Shown one piece after another: positions 26,679-41,640 of a stretch of DNA of 64,000 bases (position 1 is its first letter; every line of letters begins with the position of its first letter). The notes beneath the pieces were generated by a model that ran no database searches, had not been told where the DNA came from, and saw only the letters and a program-made list of their open reading frames with translations. The DNA lies in the NCBI RefSeq assembly GCF_009914755.1, contig NC_060933.1; one strand, given 5' to 3'. Source of the DNA: the human T2T-CHM13v2.0 reference genome, Homo sapiens. Both the position numbers and the translations under genes were made by a program.

Positions 26679-29600
26679 TGAACAGTTGCAGCCTCTGATC
26701 GCACCTTAGCGGATCACGTGAGTGCCTCAGAAGGCAGTCAGCAATCCTTTGCCATGAGAACATGTTTTCCAGTAAAACCACAGTCTTTTACCCCAAAAGG
26801 TTAGCAGGTGGAATCAGTAGCTGGTTCAAGAAAACTAAGAACTCTCAATTTTTTACCTCGTAAATGTGTTCATTAAACCGGATGCTCAGAACGTGGTATT
26901 CTAGATTCCCGAATAACCGGGTCTGAACTAATGAGTTTTTACTCTGCTTTGAACATTTTTGCCCTAATGATCTGAAACATATTTTTAAAAGCAAAACAGG
27001 TGACGGGGATGCGAGGAAGCAGGTCGGCAGGCGGCCTCGCGGGTGCAGGGCCTGGGTTGCTTCTGCACTGCAATCCATCCTCGTTGTGTCTGTTGAGCCC
27101 AGAACTGTGTCAGGTTCTCTGAAGGATACAGAGAGGCCAAAGGTGTGTCCCTTGTCCTTGAAATGCTCTCAGGTATAATCAGAGTACAAGTACAGATCCT
27201 CTGCTGAGCACTGACCACCCTGGGAGCTGAGCCCCCCTGGCCTGCGGGCCCTGAAGGGTGAGGAAAGCCGATCGGAGCTGGGCCTGCCATGTCCCCAGAG
27301 CTCAGGCACGTGACTGTTCAGCAAGCGGACCCCCTCACCCAGGCTGGAAGGCCCAGTTTTCTGCCCAACCTGGTGGCAGCTCTCAAGCTCTCAGAGCAGG
27401 CCATCTACCTTGGGATCTCCTGGAGCTTGGGCCCTGGGTGGGGCCTTGAGCGCATCCCTGACAGGCGCCCGGTGTCATTAACTGCCGTGCTGCTGGGTGT
27501 GGCCCCACTGTGAGTACAGGTTGGCTCCTGTCTGCCTCTCTCTGCCCCGTCTCCCAGCTTTCCCCCCTCAATGCCTGGGCCCCTTTGCTTCCATGGTGCC
27601 CTTTAACGTGCCAGCCCCTTCCTGCCTGAGCCATCCCACACACTGTTCCCACCGCGTGGAAACCTCTCTCTTATTACTTGTCTAGTGAACTCCTATTCAC
27701 CCAACAAAGCCTCAGCTCGAATGCCCTCATCTGATAGGCCATGCCTTGTGGCACATTCTTCTTTCCTCTCTCAGCGTGTCCTGATGTGTGATGGTGTAGG
27801 TATAAAACTGTCAGTGTCCTTGGCCTCTCAGGCTGGAAGGCAGCATCATTAGAGGCAGGGATGCATCAAACCTTGCATTTGGGAGACAGCCTGGTTCTGC
27901 AAAGGTCAAGGATCAACTGCCATGAGTTCCTACACATTCCCTGGAGACACAGAGGACCAGGAGGGGACTCTGCAATGCCTTTCTGGACAAGGCCTTAAGT
28001 GGCCTTCTCAGCCCCCAAAACTATGTTGCACCTGCTGCTCGCTGGGGAGCTCACTTAGATCAGTGCTGGCTCCAACACAAAGGGGCAAGCCAGCTTTCTT
28101 TCTAACTTAGGAACAGGAAGCTGTTCTCTTATCAGAGAAGTTCCAGCACCAGGAAGCAGGTGGAGGAGGTATTTTGGGGTTTGGAAGAGGCCCTCAAGAG
28201 CCTGTGAAATCACACCAAGTAGGCAGCCACCTACTCAACCTAAATATAAAGCCAGGCTCAGGCTGTCAGAGCGGCCTCCAGTCAACCACCCCCACCTGGC
28301 AACGTGGGGCCCCAGAGTGGGGAGCCGCTTGTCCGTCCGGCAGGAGCCCCCAGACCACCCCTCTGCTGAAAATCACTCCCAATGTCCATCTCTGCTCCAT
28401 CCCAATGTCCGACTATTCCCAAGGCCTTCATCCTCATGGGCGACTGGGAACTGGTGTGATTCAGAAAGGTTAGTTAGCTGGAGTATTGACGGCGTATTCA
28501 CGAGACTTGAAGAAAGCATGTGAAATAAAATCCTTTGGCCATGCCTCGGAGGGTCCATTTTAAAGCTTCCGGGGTCCTTGGAGTGGTTCTCCTTTTCTTC
28601 GGCTTTCTAGATCCCTCCCTTTATTTCATGACCTCAAGGGTGTTCAAGGTCATCTCTTCTAAACCTCCATCAGCCTAGTAAAAGGACCTCAGAGTTGGGT
28701 GTCTACAGGGCTGAGGCCAGGCCCACTCTTCCCTGGCTACCATCCAGCTATGGACAAGGCATCAGCCTCCACATTCTTCTTGCTGAAATAGGGGCAGCAG
28801 TCGCCAGGCCTGGGAGAGGCTGTGAGGATGAGACACCGCCTGGCGCACGGGAGGTGCCCAATAAACCCTGGCGGGGAAGAGCTTGTTTCATAAAGTTTCC
28901 AGCATGAGATCATTCTGGTCCATTTTATTTTCAAGCGTGACAAGTCGGCGCTGAATCTCTGCTTTAACGCCTTCTATGGCTCTCTCCGGGGCAGCATCTG
29001 CGTGGAGATGATTGGATGCTCTCCTGAAGGAGAGCCCAGCCTGCCACCAGGCAGCAGGCCCCCAACCAGGTCAGAAGGAAAGGACCAGCAGGCTGGGGGA
29101 GGGGATGTAAAGGCCGCTAAGCCCAGGGTGGGCTTTTTTCCACATTATAAAAATAACAGGTTGCAATTCACTTGGAAATCGGGAGATCCACTCAACCAAG
29201 AGTGCAGCAGATACATTAGCCGCAGCCAAATCCATCTGCAGGGGCTGAGCACCTTGTGGACTGATAAACGAGGAAACCTTAGGCTTCCTGGCAGGGTGCG
29301 GGCCATGGCCTGTGGGTGCCCCGCCCCTGAGTTTGAGCCGGCCAAGAGCCAACCATCCTGAGGGCTCTGGGTGAGATGATTCTCAAGAACAAATCTAAGT
29401 TCATTCTGGTTCCCACTGACAAATCGCCCATTGCTCTCTGCATCGTGACAGCTGCCGTCTGCACCTTTGTGGGAGATGAGCGATGTCTGCTGGTAGTTTC
29501 AATGCCAGGCCTGTCTCTCTGTTTGCTTCTCCTGATGCTCCAAGAGGAGCCAGCCCGTGAATTTTACAGAGCTTCTCCTGGCACGCGCCATGAAGCTGCA

Positions 29601-31959
29601 CAGGTTTGAGATACGCCGGGATGGTTCCCCTGACCCTGCAACCCCAGCAAGCCCAGGCCTGCAGGAGGAGCCATCGGGCAGCCACAGGCGAGGAAGAGCC
29701 TGCCAGGGCTGCTGGGGCCTTTGCAGGGAAGTTTGGTACTTAGAGGAAAAGCGTGGAGATTAACGTGAGGGGTTGGGAGAGGTTGCTTCCCACCCTGAGT
29801 GCCCCTTCTGAACCCCCAATGTCTGGTGTGTGTCCTGGGCCAATCTGCCCTCCACACTCCTGCTGCCTGCTCCCCGACCCCAGGCCCCCGGCCTGCCTTC
29901 ACACCACCTCGCTGGCGCCTCTGCCACACCTTGGCTGAGGCTCTTCTGACCACCAGACTAGTGCCCGGTGGCCTTTCTTCATTGTCCTCCTCACTGTCCC
30001 CTCCAAGGCCACCCAGGCAGGACCCTCCCTGAAGCATAGCCTGAGCATGTCCCCTTCCCCGCAGCCTCAGGGCAGCCTGTGTGACTTCCCACCTCCTCCT
30101 CCAGAGCATGCCCAGGCTCCACCCTCATCCGCTGCTCACGGCTGTCCACTTCCCAGCCCTCGCCTCCTTTCCAGCCTCTCCGCTGTCCCCTGCATCCTGG
30201 CCGTTCATTCATTCATTTGCTCAACCTTGGCCCTGCGTGAATCACTCCTGACTCTAACCTGGTAACCCCTGTGCAGGTCTCAGGGCACCACTCCCCTCGC
30301 CTCTCACCTTGCCCCACATGCCATCTGTGCCCCTGCCCCGGGGCCCTTGCAACCTCTGCTGTCTCTGCCTGCTGGCTACTGTCTCTTCCCTTGGACGTCA
30401 GAAGCTGGCAGTTGGTGATGAGTGTGGAGGACTCAAGCTGCGCCAGCGTCAGTCGGGACCCAGAGGAAATCCCAGCCCCGCGGCTTGCCCTGGGGATGGC
30501 CCTGGGCTCTCTGAGTTTCCATTTCTTCCTGCCTTGGAAGGAGACTGAGATAGCAGAGCAAGGGGCCTGGTTCCAGCCTGACAGGCAGCAGGTGTCCAGT
30601 GAAAGTTGTGAGCTTTCAGCTGCTGTCAGAAACATAGTCTCCGGAGAGATGATCTTGGGGGCTTTTTGGGGACCCGAGGCCCGTCTATGGTCAGCAGACC
30701 AGCCCAAAAGTGCACGAGGGGGACCAGGGCAGCCCCCATGCCCGCCCTGGCAGCCCAGACAGCACTGTAGAAGGGCGGGAGGGGCCTGTGGAAGGCCCCT
30801 GGGCTGCAGGTCTGGATGCCGGCATCTTAGCCATGACCCTGCAGCACTGAGCTGGGGTCTTGGGGCAATTCCTCCTCAGAGGAAACAGCATCAGACGGAA
30901 CGATCCCTGAGGTCCCCTGCAGCTCTCCCTTCCTATAACTTGTATACAATCCACTGCAATCGCTGTGTTCATTTGAATACCTGTAGTGACGCACGGCTCA
31001 CTCCCTCCAGAGACAGCCGGTGAGCCTTCCCAGATGACTTTTTCCAGCCACTCTGGGCTGAGTGTTCGTGGCCCACCTCTGATAAGGGAGCCCCTGTTCG
31101 CAACCCAAAACTGCGCTCCCCGCACCCACAGACATTCATCTTTGGGATCCCCAATGCCAGTCTCAACCTCCGCAGGACCTCCTGAGACAGCCTGGGAATC
31201 TGGGAGCTGCGACCCCTCCCAAAGGTCAGAGCCCGTGGGCACAGCTTCCGGCAAGGCCCCTGTTCACTTCCTGTTGCTCCAGCAAAACCAGGCACCTTCT
31301 TTCACCAGGGTCCAAGCCTGGACAGTGATGCAGACCCCTGCACCTGTGGGTCTCCCTTCCCGCCACCCATGTGGCTCAGCGTTTAGGTGGCACAACGTTC
31401 CGTTTGCACACTGCATTCTGGCTCCAGCTGCCTCTCCACCCTGTCTCCTAGCAGCCCAAATGTGTGCAGCACCAGCCGTACAGGCAGTGCTCTGGATCAT
31501 GCCTCAGCATCTGGGCAAACAGATCATGGGCTCCCCTCCCCAGGCCGGTCTCCGGGACGGACTCAGCAGCTACTTCTTGGCTATAGCTGCACTCTGACTC
31601 CAATGGGCCTAGGGCAGTGGGCGACTGCCATCCACCACCCTGTCTAGACCCCGCCTGGCGGGCAGCTCTGCTGGGGAAGCCTGGGGCCCCTGTGCGTGGT
31701 GGGGGTTTCAGCTCCCGCTTCCCGAGTCGTGACTCACCGAGGATCGGGGCTGAGTGCGGTTTTATTTCATAGCAATGGGGCTTTTTCTTCCCTCCGGGAG
31801 CTAAAAAGTTGCTATAATTCTGCCAGCATGTCTCACCATTTCTCCTGTGCTGGAATAAAGGGGAAACACTTTTTTGGTTTCAGAAAGGGCTATTAGCTGT
31901 CAGGAAGCAATCTTTCCCTGACTGGAGGTTCTTTTTGCCGGGTTCCTGAGTCCCCTGTT

Positions 31960-32330
31960 CTGCTGCCTGGCTGCGAGCCCCCAGCCAGCGAGCGGCACCG
32001 TGCGGCTCGGCTGGCCTCCCGGCGGGTGATGGATGGTCTGCCCGGAGCTTTGGGGAGCACCGACACCCAGCCCAGCGGGCCAGGCGCCGTGGTCCCTGCT
32101 CACCAGCGGGTCTTCGCCCCGGGCTCTTGCGCCTCTGGCAGTGTGAAGTGAGCAAAGCGTCTCTGAAGCTCGAGCGTGGGGTGCGGGCGCTGTCGCCTCT
32201 GCGCCTTCGGGACAGCGTCATGTCCAGGTGACAGCGCCGTGTCCAGGTGACAGCCAGAGCTTTGGACCACATGGTCAGACTTTGGACTCTGGCACTGCCC
32301 CCACTCCCCGCCCCGCGTGAGGCAGGCAGG
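31960..32330. promoter_or_regulatory. Small CpG-rich patch (CpG-island-like), candidate regulatory element
   Basis: Visibly dense CpGs in non-repeat sequence; GC box CCCCGCCCC at ~32306. Confidence 0.5.
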
Positions 32331-33304
32331 CTGCTCGGCTTCTCTGAGCCTTGGTCTCCTAATCTGAGTCACAGGTGGTACCTGGGGTGGTTGTGAGAAC
32401 AAAATGACATGCATCACATTTGGTCTGATTAATATTAATGAGTACTATTAATATGAATGCTCACTAGACCATGGCCCATCCAGGCAAAGCCCTGACGGAG
32501 CTGAATTCCAGGATCGTTTCCGAAGCTTGGCAGCAGCTGGCAAAGAGGCAGGTGGGAGGACGCGCTCGGGCCAGCCTGGGTCCCCTTGCCTCCTGCCGGA
32601 GCAGTGCTTGTTCTAACCCTGGGCTCTGCCTGCTTGTCTGCCAAATGCCTGCTCCAAAGGTAGGTGTGGTGACTGTGCGGTTGGCTCAGGGCAGCTCTGG
32701 GAACAGTGCCCAGAACACACAGAGGCTCTGGGGACACTCGGGGGTGCCCGGTGGGGCCTTCTTCTGAGCCCTTTGCCCAGGTCACACCATCTGCTCCTGG
32801 GCTCAACATGTGAAGCCCGGCACGGGGGTGTTTGCTCTCTCTTGTCCATCTCTCCCCAGCCGGATGCAGCTCCACAGAGCCGGAGCCTCATCTCCCGTGC
32901 CCGGCGCAGAGTCAACACTCAGAACATGCTCAGAAGGTGGCACTGGCCGGTCCTGGCCAGAGGCTTGCATGCCATTCACATCAGACCTCAGTAAGCTGAG
33001 AATCGTAACCCTGGTGCCCCTCTCTTTTCTCCACTTCCCCGAGGCCGCCAGGGCACTAAGCCTGGAAAGGAACATTGCCCGTTCAGGGAAATCACTGTGA
33101 TGACTGGCTGCCACTCTAGGGCCTGCCCCACTGCCCGAGGCCCGAATGCCCCTTGTCCCAGCTCAGTCTGCCCCCTCCGTGATCCTGCCCAGGGAGTCTG
33201 TCCCCAGGACAATAACATCAGAAGCCCCAATCCTGCAGCCCTCACCAACCACCAAGGACAGAGGGTGGGTCTCCCACATCCAGGAATCTCTCGGGGCTCA
33301 GATC

Positions 33305-33728
33305 CATGTTCCGTGGCTGCTGGAGCGAAGCACCACAAACTGTGTGGCTGAAAACAACAGAAACGTATCTCCACAATTCTGGGGGCCGGCAGTCCACACC
33401 CAAGGTGTCATCATCAGGGCCATGGCTCTCCCAAAGCCTCTAGGGGAGGACCTTCCTGTACTCGTCCGGCTTCTGGTGGCCCAGGCGCGCCCTGGCTTTT
33501 GGCCACTTCACTCCAGCCTCTGCCTCCGTCTCCACGTGGCCGCTTCTCCCTGTGGCTCTGGCGTCCTCTCCAGCAGTCATTGGATTTGGGGCCCACCCGA
33601 AATCCAGGATGCTTCTAGCTAGAGGTCCTTACCTAATTGTATCCGCAAATACTCTGTTTCCAAATAAGGTCTCATTCTGAGGCTCTGGATATACATGAAT
33701 TTGGGGGACCCTGTGTACCCCTACCACA
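33305..33728 (-). mobile_element. MLT1C-like MaLR solo LTR
   Basis: CCACAAACTGTGTGGCTGAAAACAACAGAAA..GGCTTCTGGTGG..CAGTCATTGGATT..TTTCCAAATAAGGTCTCATTCTGAGG. Confidence 0.87.
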
Positions 33729-34605
33729 AGGCTCACACCTTGAACCCCCACAGGGCTGGGGACAGGGCAGCCAGTCACCAACCTGCCAGGATCGGGGCCA
33801 TGAGATCCGCTGAGCTCATTTAGGCCAATCCCTCCACGTACATCTGGGGAAACTGAGGCCCGGGGAGAGAGGGGCTTTCTCAGGTCCTGGCAAGCTGCTG
33901 GCAGAGCTGGGCTTTGCTGGGTCTTCAGATGCCAGACAGAGCCTCTGTCCTCAAGTTCTACGTGAGCAGGAGAGAAGCAGTGCGTCCCCGATGTTCCATC
34001 TCCCTGGGTAAATGAATAAACGGATAATCAATGGTCTTAGGGAACATCGCTGAGGCAGCAGGAGGACAGGGCTGGGACAGACGTCTGGAAGCTGCCTTCA
34101 CAGAGGACACACCGAACAGGGCCATGGGGGCTGGTGGACGCTTTGGGGCATGGGTTGCATGGAGAATTGGGGCCTACAATGAGGCCCAGGAGGACAAGAA
34201 CTAGGTGGGAGGTATGGAGCCGGGGCTGGGTGTTCTTGGTGTGGGGCTCAGGGTAGCCACGAAGTTCAAGGAGAAGCACAATGAAGCTGATGTCTATTCC
34301 CGGGGTGGCTGGCGACGCTCAGATCTCTGAAGCACTCTTCTCAGGAGAACAGGAGGCTTGGTTGGCAGGAGGCAAACATCTGTTCTCCCTCCTTCCTTCT
34401 GCTCATCCTCCCCCACCCTCTATGAGCAAACGGGGAGGCCCAAGAGTGGGCACAGACCCACCGTGGAGCCCTGGAAGCCTGGGCTGGCCTGGCTGGAGCC
34501 TCTCCTCCCAGAGTATGGGCAAGAGAGGTGTGACTATGGGATGGTAAAGGCAGGCGTGGGACCTGAGAGGCCAGGGGCAGTAGAGAAGCCAGGAGAGGTG
34601 TGCGG

Positions 34606-34737
34606 GCCACATGCAAGAGAGGAGGAAGAGGGGAGGACAAGGAGCGGGAGAGACAGGAGAGACCGGGAGGAGGAGGAGGAGGGGAGGCAGGAGAGAGAGG
34701 AGAGGGGGGCAAGAGAGGAAGGAGGAAGGAGAGGAAT
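34606..34737. repeat. GA-rich low-complexity purine tract
   Basis: GGAGGAAGAG/GGAGAG runs. Confidence 0.8.
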
Positions 34738-37700
34738 CCCTGAGGCACGTGAAGCTCCACAGGCCTCGGGTGATGGAGAAGCCCTGGGGCTGCCAGCCCC
34801 GGCCCCCCTGAGTCCTGACACGTCCCAGCGGAGCCCCAGCATCACCCCTCATCCTGCAGCAACAACTCACCCAAATCCCTAGCAGGACGCCCTTCACTGG
34901 CTTCCCCAACGTCCTCAGGAGACTAGAGGGGGCCACTGTGTGTGTTCCTCTCCCCACCCTCCAAGGGGGTTTCCGTGGCTGGCACGCCTATTTGTTTTGG
35001 TTTAGTTTTGTTTTTTTTTTTTCATTCTTTAAACAGGCTTAGCAGAAGGGAAGGAATATTAACAAGGATGAGAAACCCCAGGGCTAGGGGCTGGGGAGAA
35101 GTTAGAGGCTGGGGAGAATTTAGGGACCGGGGAGAAGTAGGCTTGTTTTGTGTTGATTTCAAGAAGCCTGGGGCAGACGAAAGGCATTGGGCATCGTGCC
35201 TAAGGGGAGTGGAGGAAGAGGAGGGGCTTTCAGGAGAGTTGATGGGTGCCACGTGCTCCCTTCCTGGTATCAGGAAAGTCTAGTAAAGAGTTGGAGTTAT
35301 GCCGGAATGAACCCTGCAGGACTGGGTTTCTCTGGGGTAGCTTCTGGGCCGGGATGCCAGGGGCCTGACTTTCTCGGAGCCTCCTGCCAGGCACGGTGTG
35401 CTGGGAGATGCCACATGCTAAGGTGCCTTCCGGTGCAGGGTGTGTCGGGCACGCTGGGACCGTCCGTCTACAGCCTCTGGCACAGGTGTCGTCCCACCCC
35501 AGGCCAGATTGGCCCTGCTGTGCCGCACGGAGCCCTGACAAAGGGGTCGGCAGTGCCAGGCTCTGAGCCCTCGTCCCCGTGCGTCGGGAGGAGCCTGTGG
35601 GCTGCAGCGGGCTGACTCCCAGGCGCCGGGACACCGGTGCTGGGTGGACGTTGCCATGAAGGGCCACTCGGCCAGGCAAGGGAGGAGCTGTTAAGGTTTC
35701 TTTGCTGTGGTTCATCCATCCTGGAATGCAGGAACCAACCTCCTAGGGGGTCAGATGATGATTAAATGGAGAAGAAGAGAGGAAAACAGAATGCAGGAGT
35801 GACAGGTCTCCCACGCTGTCTCCAATCACAAGATCATTGTGGAGATAAACACAAATAGTTCAGCCCGTGCCTCCCCAAACCCTTCCTTTTCTCCATCTGG
35901 GGTTGGCACATTGGAGATTCATCAAACCAGGCTTCTAGGCATGTTTCTGACCTGGCTGTTTGGGAATGAGCCCCAGGCCTCAGGATGTCCACAGGCACGC
36001 AAGTGCACTGCAGAAGCCCCGTGGGTCCCGGCCACTCCGCCTCTCCCTTTTCCAGAAGCCATGGTGTTGGACTCCCATCCTACAGGGCCCGCATTGGACA
36101 ACAAAGGCTGGGTAATGAGAGCTATGCGGAGGCTGGCAGAAAACCCTGGTGGGAGGAGCTAAGACAGGAGGCAAGGCCCCAAGCACTTCTGAGGGCGGAG
36201 TCCACCCCTCTGGACTCTAAAAGACCGTGGAGGGAGGATGTTCCAACCCTGGGACTGGACAGAGGGGAGCACCAGCCAAGCCCTCGCTGGGAAGCAAGGG
36301 CTTCAGGGAGAGGCAGGAGACGGACCACCACGGGACAAAGAGGTCCCTTTCTCTGGTGGATGCCAATGCAGGAGGCCCATGCTATTTTCTCTACCTATGG
36401 CAGCAGCAATAGGCTACTACCCCAGGCTGTGGCCACGGTCAGTCCTAGAGGCAGCCTCAAGCTCCAGGGTGGCAGGTGCTCCATGAGTGCACCTGGGAGG
36501 GTAGAATCAACTGGAACAGCCTTGCTTTGGGAGACAAAGCACTGGAATGTTGAGGGGTTCCCTTGCTCGCTCAGGACAAGGCCTGGACACCCCTCACCTG
36601 CGCATTGCCCTGGGCAGTTTCTGCACTAGTGACGCGCGCAGCCCTGCTTTCCCACCACCTGACACCTGAGAAGGCAAAGCTTCAGAGTCGGTGGCCAGTG
36701 GCCTGACCTCTACAGGATGGCGTCCGGGTGCCCAGCACAGTGGCCATGCTACCCTGAGGGCCTCGGGCACCCCACCAGGAGCCAAAGCCACTAGCGCTGA
36801 AGAGAAAATGATGAGAATCCTTGTCGAGCCTTCCTGGGTGGCCCCCACCCCATGCCAGCCCTTGAGGGCACCGCAGGCCTTCCTTCCTCCTATCCCCATC
36901 ATGGTGCTGTGAGGGAGGGTTTGCTATGACCCCACTTCACAGATGCAGAGACTGAGTCATGCAGAGGGCCAGTCCTTTCCCAAGGTTGTAAGCAGCTGAA
37001 CCAGCCTCAGACCTTGGCAGTGGCTTCAGACCCTGACCCTCCCACACGAATCCCCTCAGCCAAGGGGCTCGTTCCTGCTTGGAGCCGAGCCTCGCAAACA
37101 GCAGCCACCACTGTGTCTGGCCCCTGCTTCGGGGCCACCTTCGGACAACGTCCTTGTCAAAGAGGATGAGGCCTGGGCACTCATGGCTCCCTGAGCCTCC
37201 AGAAAGCCCTTCCCTCGCCCTCCTTGCTGCCACCCAGCCTCACTCTGCCCTGCCTAAGTGTCTACTGAAGTGGACATCCACAGTGCATCTCCCAAGGCTG
37301 GAAGGCTCAGCTTCCAGAAGGGACAGCAGCCCAGGAAGGCCCAGGAAGGAAGGCCGAGGGAGACACACTGGGGCCATTCTTGGGGCCCTGGGGAGAGAAG
37401 AGAAGGGAAGGGACATGAGGGGAGGGAGAGGGGGAGGGAGGGAGAGAGAAGAAGAGAGGAGCTTATGGATCCTGCTTCCCCTTGGCCTTCACTGCCCTGA
37501 GGATGTCCAGGTCCTGTTTGCCACATGACCCACTGGGGCAAGAGTGCGGGCAGCCACCTAACTTTACTCTCTCTCCTCCCCACCCCAAAGGCTTGGAACC
37601 AGCCACCAGGTGGATCGCCCTGGGTGGGGTGGGCGTCTCCACTGCTTTGCCAACACCAGTTGTGGAAGACAAGGCTGCTGGGGTGGAAAGGCACACGTGA

Positions 37701-37762
37701 CATTCCCAGGGCAGGGGCTCCCAGCCGCCCTGTGCATTGCATCCAAAGACACCCACTCAGCT

Positions 37763-38566
<804 letters not shown>

Positions 38567-39859
38567 CAACCCAGCATAAGGAGGAGCAGTAAAGATGAGC
38601 CACCTCGTGAAACTCCAAGACAGCCATCTGACAGCCTCAGGGGACCCTGGGGGACCTGCAATCTCGGCTTCACGATCCTCTCCCAGGAAGCAGGGTGGAG
38701 CCGGTAAAGGAAGTGCTGTGCTCACTCTGGCCCCCTGCCGCAGGTCAGCAGGACACCGGAAGCCTTCAGCCAGGATCGGGGAGGGCCGGGCTGCACCCAG
38801 CTAGCCTGTGGGTTCTTCCAGCACCTCAGCTGAGGGTGAGTGTTCTCAGCCAGGCTGGGTAGCACTGGAGGGGCTGCCAGAGAGAGCTGGATTTGAATCT
38901 CCCTCATCTACTTAGCAGCCTGACAGGTGCCGTGGGACTCAGCTGGTCTGATGGTGGGTCACATGACCATCTGGGCGGAGAGCTCCCCGCAAGTAGCTCC
39001 CCGCAAGCGCCAGGCACACGGTAGGTGCTTCATAAGCTCTCATTTGATCCTCAAAACCTCATGAGTCAAAGAGAGACGACATCCCGGCACCACTCATGTT
39101 CATAGGCCAGCTGAGGCTCAGGGGGCTGACTTCCCTGCAGCTATTTGGGAAGCAGGACAGACCCCAGCCTGCACAGCAAGAAGTGGGGGTCCAGATGGCA
39201 TCGGCCAAGCATCCACTGGACAGGACCCCACAGGGCCTCCTCACTCCAGAAGGAGCAAGCGTGTGCCCCCGGTCTGGGAGGTGGGTGACAGCAGGGGGGC
39301 TGGACCGGTTTTTGACTATGGGGGCTAAACCTGTGTCATCCCGGGGCCTCTTCCAATGTGGGGCCAGCCAGTCACTGGGGCTCTGCAGAGATGACCTTCC
39401 TCTTGGTGATGACTTTTGGCAAAGCAAACAAAGTGCGCCCCAGAGATCTGGGCCAGCTGTCACAGCAAGTGAGGGGACCCCTCAGATGACAGATCTGTCC
39501 CCATGGGGTCCCTGTGCTCAGCCAAGACAGCAGTCGGGGGCCAGGAGGGCGTTCGACAGGGAAGGGAAGCCCTGCACTTCTCCTCTCACAGCCTTGCGAT
39601 GCAGGAGATGAGCCAATTCTTTAATCAGGGAAACGGCACTGTCCCCTCAAGACACTTAACTGAGTATCTCAGGCCACCTTTCTAAGTGCCACATCGAATT
39701 GTCAGTGCCACACAATTTCCCCTAGAGGCATGGTCCTGGGCTCTGTGTCAGAGGGCAGTGCAGTGCTCCAAGGGGTGTGGAACCGAATCCCAATACACAT
39801 GAGGTCTTACTGCCCATTTCCTGTGGAGTTTCATTCACGGCTGTTCACATACCCACAGC

Positions 39860-40142
39860 CCAGGTGCACACACGTGCACACACGGAAAATAGCTCATGCA
39901 TGGACACGCAAATGCGCACCCAGAACAACACACTTCACACGCGTTCCTAGACACCCTCACATGCCTGCGCACCTGCCCATGTGCCCGTGACATGCATGTG
40001 CCCGTCTTACACACGCACACATACACATTTGAACACGCACGCTTTCACACGTGCAGTCACACACCTGCCTACGCACACCTATGTGCCCGTGACACAGATG
40101 CACACGTACGCAACATAGGCACACGCTCACCTACGCCTCCAC
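39860..40142. repeat. Degenerate CA/CACG-rich low-complexity tract
   Basis: CACACG/CATG variants. Confidence 0.75.
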
Positions 40143-40644
40143 ATGGCCAACCCTGGCCTCAGCTCCTTCACCGTCAGTGCTGGTCTGAATAGAAAGGACT
40201 AGAAGACTTGCATCCCCGGTGGTCTAAGAAACATCCAAAGTTGGAGGGCTGTGCAGACTTGAAGCACAACCTTCTGCTGCTGGGCGGTGCCTGGCAGAGC
40301 CGGGCTGTTTGATCCTTGAAGCAAGCATCTGCCCTCAGTGAGGGGAGGAGCTGTTTGATCAATCTTTGATCAATCAGTGTCCAGCAGGCCGGCAGGGCCT
40401 TGACGAAGTCTGGCCAGGAAAGTTGCAAAAATCCACGATCCCTCTGATCAAAGATGGCCAGTTTTTAGTCCATCAGCTGCTCCGCTGGGCCTGTCCTCCC
40501 TAGAGCAGCGGCAACATGGACCACAGACACCCTCAGAAAGCCGCCTTCTTCCTGTCCCCGTGCCCACGGACACAGGCTCACCAAGGGCTCCCCAGTCCCT
40601 AATTATCCCACAAGTGACCGGGGAGGAAAAGCTCCCCAGGGGGC

Positions 40645-41059
40645 TGCCCAGAAGGATGACCCCAAAGGCATCATCACTTGCTGATCCTGGACCCAAACCT
40701 CATGTCACCTCACTCAGTGAGCGCTGTGATTAGTTCAGGGGTCTTCAGAGAGGCAGCCCTCATCTGGATTATCCAGGGGGCTCCAAATGCCTCCTAAGAA
40801 AGAGGCAGCGCAGGCTAGAGACAGACAGAGGAAGAGAAACAGGAGCACAAAGGCAGAGGCTGGAGGGACGAGGCCCCACACCAGGGAGTGCCTGGGAGCT
40901 CCTGGAGCTGGAGGAGCAGGAAACCTGGGAGAGCGTGGCCGGCCCACACCCGGATCCCAGGCTTCTGGCTGCCAGGGCTGTGAGGAAATAAACGCTGTGG
41001 TTTTAAGTCACCAAGGTTGTGGTGATTCGGCATGGCAGCCTACCGGCAGAAAATTAACA
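40645..41059 (+). mobile_element. MLT1C-like MaLR solo LTR, GC-shifted
   Basis: CTGGATTATCCAGG, GGCAGAGGCTGGAG, CTTCTGGCTGCCAGGGCTGTGAGGAAATAAA..TTTTAAGTCACCAAGGTTGTGGT. Confidence 0.8.
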
Positions 41060-41640
41060 CCCTGATCCGAAGCCCTGACCTTGCCTGGTCACTCCCAGTC
41101 TCCCCGAACCCACAGCACAAGGGAGAGCCAGGCCTGGGCCTGTGGGGGATCACAGAAGGCCAAGCAGACCCGGTACTGACCGAGGCTTGGGGAGGGAGGA
41201 TTTGTGTGTCATTCAAGCCTCAGGCAGGGCTGTCTCTCCAGGCAAAGCAGCGCTCCCAAGGCGAGCAGCCCAGACTGGGGGTGGTGGATGGGAGGTGGTC
41301 GGGGGTGGCTGATGGCCTCTGACTCACCCCTGATGCTTGGTCTGGGGGCACGGGTGGGGTGGGGAGGGGGACATCTACCTCATCCTTTGGCTCCAGCCTC
41401 CCCGCCCTCATGCTCCTCTTCCTGTCTGCAGCAGCCGGCATAAAAGGCCAAGTAACAAAAACAGCCAGCAGCAGAGGAGTTGAAACTCTGCCCCTCTCCA
41501 GCAGGCGCCACTCTGAGGGAGAGGCCGCTCGGGGCCCAGCCTCCTGCTGCCGTGCCGTCGGGCAGCCCTCAGCTCCTGCGTCGTCTGCCTGGCCACAGCG
41601 GGATCGCCGTAGGATAGGAAGAGGGCGTGAGGGAGCACTA

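Noticed and set aside
32198-32220. REST/RE1-like GGACAGCGTC
   Set aside because: Left half-site has mismatches and non-canonical spacing
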